Assembly: GCA_029932605.1 (NCBI GenBank)
Contig: JAOZPT010000055.1
Span: forward strand, 1-14,411
Length of the DNA stretch: 14,411 nucleotides
Reading direction: 5' to 3'
Source: Candidatus Zixiibacteriota bacterium
Lineage (GTDB): Bacteria; Zixibacteria; MSB-5A5; UBA10806; 4484-95
The notes beneath the pieces were generated by a model, which saw only the letters and a program-made list of their open reading frames with translations, was not told the origin of the DNA and made no database searches. Both the position numbers and the translations under genes were made by a program. Each line of letters starts with the position of its first letter. Positions within the stretch are counted from its first letter, which is position 1. This document shows positions 8,673-14,411 of this stretch, one piece after another.

Positions 8673-8700
8673 TTGATTTTAAAAATCTATATCTTATATT
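8673..8700 (+). promoter_or_regulatory. Possible sigma70 promoter for dprA
   Basis: TTGATT (8673-8678), 16 nt, TATATT (8695-8700), within an AT-rich intergenic region. Confidence 0.3.
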
Positions 8701-8733
8701 GCAAACTAAAAATGACCAGTAACTAATGTAGAT

Positions 8734-9618
8734 ATGATGGATATCGACAACAACACTCCAGTTTGTATAGCCTTAAAAGAATATGCTCAGGTAAGTCCAA
8801 AACTTTTCCAGAAACTACTTTTAACCTATGGCAATCCTTCCAACATCTTCCAGATGACACCGGAGGATATATCATCGATGGTCGGTATCAAACTTGAACA
8901 GGCACAAAAAATAATAGGTTGTTATAAATCTTTGGATAAAGCTATCGAGATGATAGACTACTTGGAATCACTTGATATCTCAGTTATCAGTTACTTCCAC
9001 GAGGAGTATCCCGAACTGTTTAGGGTTATTGCCGAGCCACCGTTGGTTATTTATGTAAAAGGTGACCAGCAGCTTCTTCAAGATGGTGGTATTGCTATCG
9101 TAGGCACAACCTCGGCTGACCAATCCAGATTAAGAATGGCGGCGGATTTTGCCAAGGAGTTTAGCAAGCATGGTAAAACGATAATATCGGGTTTGGCAAA
9201 TGGTATTGACAGCGCTGCTCATCTTGGTTGTCTGAAAAACCAGGGTAAAACAATAGCTGTTCTCGGCTGCGGACATCTAAATATTTACCCCGAGGAGAAT
9301 ATCCCGTTGATAAATCTTATTCTTGAATCAGGTACTATTATTTCCGAACACGATATATACGCCGATGCCATTCCCGGGCGATTGATATCCCGAAACCGTC
9401 TCATCTCCGCTTTAGCTGATGCTGTAATTGTGGTGCAAATCGGCGAAGAAAAACGTGGCGAACTATACACTGCCCGGGCGGCCATTGAACAGGGTAAACC
9501 TCTATTTTTGTTGGACCCTGATAATAAGTCGGACAATGAAACATTATTGGAAAATTCTGCTATAAAAATAAAAGGGTTAGAACAGATAGACGAAATATTA
9601 GAATACGTGATAAGATAA
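8734..9618 (+). CDS. dprA: DNA-processing protein DprA/Smf family (short form)
   Basis: 294 aa. N-terminal helical region, then YPELFRVIAEPPLVIYVKG, IAIVGT, IISGLANGIDSAAH, TIAVLGCG, IYPEEN and RNRLISAL. Confidence 0.9.
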   Translation: MMDIDNNTPVCIALKEYAQVSPKLFQKLLLTYGNPSNIFQMTPEDISSMVGIKLEQAQKIIGCYKSLDKAIEMIDYLESLDISVISYFHEEYPELFRVIAEPPLVIYVKGDQQLLQDGGIAIVGTTSADQSRLRMAADFAKEFSKHGKTIISGLANGIDSAAHLGCLKNQGKTIAVLGCGHLNIYPEENIPLINLILESGTIISEHDIYADAIPGRLISRNRLISALADAVIVVQIGEEKRGELYTARAAIEQGKPLFLLDPDNKSDNETLLENSAIKIKGLEQIDEILEYVIR

Positions 9619-9776
9619 CAAAAAACATGTCCTCGACGAATACAAGGGTAACCGTCAAGTTACCAGGATGAATCCGGAAACAAAGGGAAAAACAAGATTT
9701 GTTATTATCAAGGAGCAGAGAGGCTATTAAACCATTTATTACCTGATTCATACCCGAGTAGTTAGGAAGTTTGAGA

Positions 9777-10400
9777 ATGAATATGTACAACAAACATAGT
9801 GACCTTTTTTTTCAGATTAAAGAGTCCTGTCGCAGTGAATTAAAGATTAAAGGAAGCAGGTTTATTGCTTCGGCAAAAAAAGTTAAAACAGAGGAGGAAG
9901 TACATCAGTTTATCGATGATATAATCAAAGAATTCCACGATGCCACTCATCATTGTTTTGCCTGGAAACTAGGACATGGTAAAAAGCTAAAATACCGATA
10001 CTCTGATGGAGGTGAGCCCAATCATACCGCTGGCCTGCCCATATTCAAAGTCCTTGAGGCTCGGAATATCTCTAACATAGTGGTTGTGGTCACCCGGTAC
10101 TTCGGCGGGATCAAACTTGGAACCGGCGGACTGATAAGAGCTTATAGTAGGTCTACTTCAAATGTTTTAAAGGAATGCGGAATCGAAAAAAGCCATCAAA
10201 CTGAAACTGTCGTTTTTAAAACCAGCTTTGAATTTGCCTCGTTAATCCATAATATTATAACCTCGTTTAAAGCCAGTCTCAAAGATTCATCATATGGAGA
10301 TGATATTGTTTTTACTGTGGAGATAAGAGAATCACGGTTTAGGGAATTTATAACCAAACTTAAAGATGGTACAAACGGTCAGGTCAAATTCATTAAATAA
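9777..10400 (+). CDS. yigZ: YigZ/IMPACT family protein
   Basis: Motifs IKGSRFIA, DATHHCFAW, SDGGEPNHTAGLPI and VVVTRYFGGIKLGTGGLIRAY. ATG 9777 is preferred over TTG 9771 because AGGA lies at 9764-9767. Confidence 0.93.
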   Translation: MNMYNKHSDLFFQIKESCRSELKIKGSRFIASAKKVKTEEEVHQFIDDIIKEFHDATHHCFAWKLGHGKKLKYRYSDGGEPNHTAGLPIFKVLEARNISNIVVVVTRYFGGIKLGTGGLIRAYSRSTSNVLKECGIEKSHQTETVVFKTSFEFASLIHNIITSFKASLKDSSYGDDIVFTVEIRESRFREFITKLKDGTNGQVKFIK

Positions 10401-11292
10401 GAAATATCTGGCGGTTGGTGTTGGCCTGTGTGCTTTAGACTATATCTGCATCATTAAAAAATTCCCGCATCCCGACGAGAAACATAACGCCGAAGTCTTC
10501 TCTCGCCAGGGAGGTGGACCTGTTCCTACCGCTTTGTGCGTACTTGGCAACTTTGGCGAGAAAACAACCTTCATCGGCAAATGCGGAAATGATTCCGAGG
10601 GGAAGATAATCGAAAACGAACTGAATCGATTTGGAGTTGATACCAGGGGGATGGTTTTCGATGACCACTGTCATAGTCCGCAGGCTTTTATCTGGGTTGA
10701 TTCGAAAAGCGGGGCCCGTTCGGTTGTTTTAAACCGCACCGATACTCCGGATTTACAGCCTGAGGAATTAAATAAAAATATGTTACAATCCTGCCGTTAT
10801 CTTCTTATCGATGGCAGGGAGATTGAAGCCTCTTTGGCAGCGGCAAAAATCGCCAAACTTAGCGGTGCTGAGATTATTCTCGATGCCGGTTCTTTAAGGA
10901 AAAATATTCACGAGCTATTGCCTTTAGTTGACCATCTGGTGGTTTCGAAAAATTTCGCTGACAAATTTACCGAAGAGTCCAAACAAGAAAAAGCCGCCTT
11001 AAATCTTTTGAAAAATGGATTCAAATCAGTGGTAATTACGCTTGGTGCAGATGGCGCTGTTTGTGCAACCGATAACGGTTTTTTCCATCAAGAAGCTTTC
11101 GTGGTCGATGTTGTCGACACCACTGGAGCTGGCGATGTATTTCATGGCGCTTTTATCTACGGCCTTGGTAGGGGCTGGGATATGCAGAAAGTGGTAAGGT
11201 TCTCATGTGCAACGGCCGCCCTTAAATGCAGATACATCGGTGGAAGGACGGGTATTCCATCCCTTGATGATGTCGTGCGTTTTTTAGTATAA
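10366..11292 (+). CDS. PfkB/ribokinase family carbohydrate kinase
   Basis: 308 aa. GGGPVPTA, GKCGNDSEG, ILDAG, VITLGADG and the DTTGAGDVFHGAF signature. Overlaps the yigZ 3' end by 35 nt. Confidence 0.93.
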   Translation: MVQTVRSNSLNKKYLAVGVGLCALDYICIIKKFPHPDEKHNAEVFSRQGGGPVPTALCVLGNFGEKTTFIGKCGNDSEGKIIENELNRFGVDTRGMVFDDHCHSPQAFIWVDSKSGARSVVLNRTDTPDLQPEELNKNMLQSCRYLLIDGREIEASLAAAKIAKLSGAEIILDAGSLRKNIHELLPLVDHLVVSKNFADKFTEESKQEKAALNLLKNGFKSVVITLGADGAVCATDNGFFHQEAFVVDVVDTTGAGDVFHGAFIYGLGRGWDMQKVVRFSCATAALKCRYIGGRTGIPSLDDVVRFLV

Positions 11293-11346
11293 TACCACAT
11301 ACGATTTTTAGCATAAATCCCTATAGATAAATAAATATCTTGATAC

Positions 11347-12006
11347 TTACTTCGATGATGCACCCAACCGTTCCCATCTCACGCGCGATGGGAAATGGAA
11401 AAGATTGTAAAACAATATCTTAACAGCTGGGAAAATATATGGGCTTTCCCAGCGAGGAGAATTTGGGTCGGGTTTCCACGACCAGTAAACGAACATACCC
11501 TTGCCCTTGACGTTTTCCACATTGACTGCTCCAAAATCGCGGGAGTCATGGGATATATCACGGTTATCGCATAAGATGTAAACTGTCCCTGCAGGTACCC
11601 GAACCGGGGGGAAGAAATCCCGATTGGAAAATTTTTCGGGGATAATCTTTTGGTCACTATGCTTTACGTAATCGACCTCCTCAACGGGCTCACCATCAAC
11701 ATAAATAACTTTGCCCATGATCTCAACTGTTTTTCCCCCGGTAGCTATGACTCTTCCAATTCTGATTTCTCCGATTTTGAAAGGATGTTCAAATACTACA
11801 ACATCCCCAATCTCTGGTTCGCCAAACTTGTATGCAAGTTTGCTTACCAACAAAAAATCACCTTCAAAAAGCAAATTTTCCATATCAGCATCTTTTAGTT
11901 GATATGGCATGAATACAAATAACCTGAGCACCAGACCTATTATAACTACTATAATAGCGATTTTGATAAATTCTGTGCGTCTGTTTGGACTTTTTTTTCT
12001 TTTCAT
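11347..12006 (-). CDS. Signal peptidase I (S26) homologue, predicted catalytically inactive
   Basis: 219 aa. Basic N-terminus, one TM segment, GDFLLVSK, GDVVVF, RVIATGG, DNRDISHDSRDFG and RVRWERLG. The catalytic Ser position holds Asp41 and the catalytic Lys position holds Gly84. Confidence 0.9.
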   Translation of the reverse strand: MKRKKSPNRRTEFIKIAIIVVIIGLVLRLFVFMPYQLKDADMENLLFEGDFLLVSKLAYKFGEPEIGDVVVFEHPFKIGEIRIGRVIATGGKTVEIMGKVIYVDGEPVEEVDYVKHSDQKIIPEKFSNRDFFPPVRVPAGTVYILCDNRDISHDSRDFGAVNVENVKGKGMFVYWSWKPDPNSPRWESPYIFPAVKILFYNLFHFPSRVRWERLGASSK

Positions 12007-12417
12007 AATATTCTTATTTTCTATCGGTAAAAAAACATGGATGTTTACCTTATTCTATAAACAGGTCAGTAATGGATATCGATGTATAGCCATCTAATAG
12101 CATCGTATAATCTACCAACCCTCAACAGGTTAAACGGTTTAGTGGATTTCTGGTCTGCTTAAAAACAATAACTTGTGAAATATTATCTGAAATATTTTTA
12201 TCTGGTTGTAACCGGATTATTTTTTTCTACCAGCCATTATTATAATAATACAAAAATTGGCACTATTACATTTCATATCTACTCTGGCTAAAAGCTATAT
12301 TTACAACAATAACAATACTGTCATGTAGAAATTTGCACCATAACTATGGTTAATCTGATTATTTCTTCTTAGATCTTATAACGCAAGAAGTTTTACAATA
12401 TATCCTAATCAACGATA

Positions 12418-12446
12418 TTGACATTTTCAAAAAATTATGATTTAAT
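12418..12446 (+). promoter_or_regulatory. Sigma70 promoter of the ClC gene
   Basis: TTGACA (12418-12423), 17 nt, TTTAAT (12441-12446) preceded by TGA (extended -10 TGn). Only 14 nt separate it from the ATG, with no SD. Confidence 0.65.
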
Positions 12447-12460
12447 AAAGCAAACATAAC

Positions 12461-14221
12461 ATGGTTCTTAATCAGAAAATCAACAAAAGCTTAAACAGGT
12501 TCTTCGAAAAGACCCGCTACTCGGAGAGCATGTTTATTATCATCTTATCGATAGTGGTGGGGCTTACTACCGGTTTAGGGGCGGTTGCTTTTCGCTGGCT
12601 AATTCTTACCTGCCGTGATTTCTTTTTTGGTTCTATTCCCTTCGCTTCATCAATTTCTGGTTTTCAAAGAGATTGGTTTATTCCGTTTATACCAATGATC
12701 GGTGGGCTATTGGTTGGACCGATAGTCTTCAAATATGCCCGTGAGGCAAGAGGACACGGTGTACCGGAGGTGATGTCATCGGTAGCTCTCAAGGGTGGTA
12801 TAATCAGGCCGCGGGTATCAATAGCCAAATCAATTGCCAGTGCTATCTGTATCGGCTCTGGCGGTTCGGCTGGCAGGGAAGGTCCAATAGTCCAGATCGG
12901 TTCAGCTATCGGTTCAACATTTGGCCAAATGTTCCGTCTTTCAAGCAACCGAATCAAGGTGCTTGTAGGATGCGGTGCTGCTGCGGGTATATCAGCAGTT
13001 TTTAACGCTCCGATAGCCGGTGTATTATTTGCTCTTGAGATAATCCTTGGTGATTTCACAATAAAGACTTTCTCACCGGTTATAATCTCCTCCGTGCTGG
13101 CATCGGTTGTATCGAGATTTTTTCTCGGTAACTCGCCAGCGTTCGATGTTCCCGGTTATTCACTTGTCTCTGCCTGGGAGATGCCCATGTATGCTATTTT
13201 AGGGGCATTTGCAGGTATCGTTGCTGCGTTCTTTATCAAGTCTCTTTATTTCACAGAGGATCTTTTCGAGAAATGGAAAATTCCCGATATCATCAAACCT
13301 GGAATAGGTGGATTGATATTGGGGCTTACCGGACTTCTTACTCCTCAAATCTTTTCTGATGGTTATGAGGCCATTTCTACCGCTTTGCATGGTAATATAA
13401 TCTGGTTGATAATGATTACGTTGGTATTCATGAAGATATTAGCCACCTCGCTGACACTTGGCTCGGGCAACTCTGGTGGCATTTTTGCCCCATCGCTTTT
13501 TATGGGAGCCATGGCCGGTGGATTCTTTGGCACCATCATAAATTACCTTTTCCCTGGTGTGACAGCTCCACCAGCTGCTTATGCATTGGTGGGGATGGGT
13601 GCAGTTGTAGCAGGTACAACCCATGCAACCATTACTTCAATCCTAATAGTATTTGAAATGACCGGCGATTACCGAATAATGTTGCCGATGATGATAGCCA
13701 CTGTTTTTGCCACACTAGTCTCGCACCGCCTGTCAAAATATTCGATATATACACTGAAACTTGCTCGTCAGGGAATTAAGATCAAGGCCGGTAAGGATAT
13801 CGATCTCTTGTCGGAGATAAAAGTTTCAGAGGTTATGGAAAAAGATTTCAGGACCATCCCTCCTCACCTTACATTCTCAGGTATAATGCGCATGATGGAG
13901 GATTCAAAAGACACAACTTTCCCGGTTGTAGAAAAAGACAGGCTTTATGGTATGCTTTCATTTCAGGATCTGCGCACCATACTTACCAAGCCAGTGTTGC
14001 CAGCATTGATAATCGCATCGGATATCGCAACCAGAAACGTTCTTACCGTCACAAAAGACGAAAATTTAAACCAAGCCCTGCAAAAGTTTGGCCACAAGGA
14101 CCTGGATATGATGCCGGTGGTAGAAAAAAGTGACCCCAGTAAAATAATCGGTATCCTTCGGCGAAGCGATTTAATGAGCTTCTACAATATGCGTCTAATG
14201 GAGAAGATGGCCAAGAGCTAA
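12461..14221 (+). CDS. ClC family chloride channel/transporter with two C-terminal CBS domains
   Basis: 586 aa. GHGVPE, GGSAGREGP, FNAPIAG, SGGIFAP and SIYT motifs, plus C-terminal CBS pair segments (VSEVM, FPVVE, MPVVE, IIGILRRSDL). Confidence 0.96.
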   Translation: MVLNQKINKSLNRFFEKTRYSESMFIIILSIVVGLTTGLGAVAFRWLILTCRDFFFGSIPFASSISGFQRDWFIPFIPMIGGLLVGPIVFKYAREARGHGVPEVMSSVALKGGIIRPRVSIAKSIASAICIGSGGSAGREGPIVQIGSAIGSTFGQMFRLSSNRIKVLVGCGAAAGISAVFNAPIAGVLFALEIILGDFTIKTFSPVIISSVLASVVSRFFLGNSPAFDVPGYSLVSAWEMPMYAILGAFAGIVAAFFIKSLYFTEDLFEKWKIPDIIKPGIGGLILGLTGLLTPQIFSDGYEAISTALHGNIIWLIMITLVFMKILATSLTLGSGNSGGIFAPSLFMGAMAGGFFGTIINYLFPGVTAPPAAYALVGMGAVVAGTTHATITSILIVFEMTGDYRIMLPMMIATVFATLVSHRLSKYSIYTLKLARQGIKIKAGKDIDLLSEIKVSEVMEKDFRTIPPHLTFSGIMRMMEDSKDTTFPVVEKDRLYGMLSFQDLRTILTKPVLPALIIASDIATRNVLTVTKDENLNQALQKFGHKDLDMMPVVEKSDPSKIIGILRRSDLMSFYNMRLMEKMAKS

Positions 14222-14411
14222 CAATCAAAACCCCCGGCTAAAAACCCTTTATTAACCAAAATTAGATAACATTTACAAAACCATAACAGAGACAGCCCCT
14301 ATCTTCACTCCTGTATATTGGCTAAAAATACAGATAGATGTTGGCTCAGCCTCTGTCTGATAATTTGATATTGATTACTCTAACAAATTCGATTGACGGC
14401 ATTATTTTTTA

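Noticed and set aside
7002..11292. SSS transporter plus PfkB kinase as a sugar-utilisation operon
   Set aside because: They are separated by dprA, yigZ and intergenic gaps with a possible separate promoter, and there is no substrate evidence.
12007..12460. Fluoride riboswitch or other ncRNA upstream of the ClC gene
   Set aside because: No fluoride-riboswitch consensus is visible, the protein lacks CLC-F motifs (GNNLI, GREGT), and the predicted promoter leaves almost no leader.
12286..14327. GGCTAAAA recurring around the ClC gene (near 12286, 14236 and 14320)
   Set aside because: A-rich 8-mer with irregular spacing and no supporting context.
1..14411. CRISPR array, tRNA/rRNA, integrase or transposase
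   Set aside because: No regularly spaced repeats, cloverleaf or rRNA-like segments, or recombinase motifs were seen.

Overview
Bacterial chromosomal window. A protein with a PNPFN-type C-terminal sorting domain suggests an FCB-group organism such as Zixibacteria or KSB1; this is inference only. Minus strand, left end: uvrA, then a TcmP-family (three-Cys-motif partner) methyltransferase-like gene, then the first 21 codons of a DUF5131 (Gp37/Gp68-type) gene that the ORF track misses and that overlaps the tcmP stop codon. uvrA has a near-consensus sigma70 promoter whose -10 box sits inside a TGTTCA-N9-TGAACA palindrome. The tcmP-DUF5131 pair has a separate upstream element resembling WYL-activator (PafBC/DriD-type) promoters. 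Next come a decayed M23 peptidase fragment, two secreted proteins (DUF4424-like; lamin-tail domain plus sorting domain), an SSS transporter, a short divergent DprA, YigZ and a PfkB kinase. The right end holds a signal peptidase I homologue that lacks both catalytic residues and a ClC-CBS transporter. The strongest leads are a possibly damage-regulated TcmP-DUF5131 module next to uvrA and the catalytically dead signal peptidase. All family calls come from motif recognition; no searches were run.
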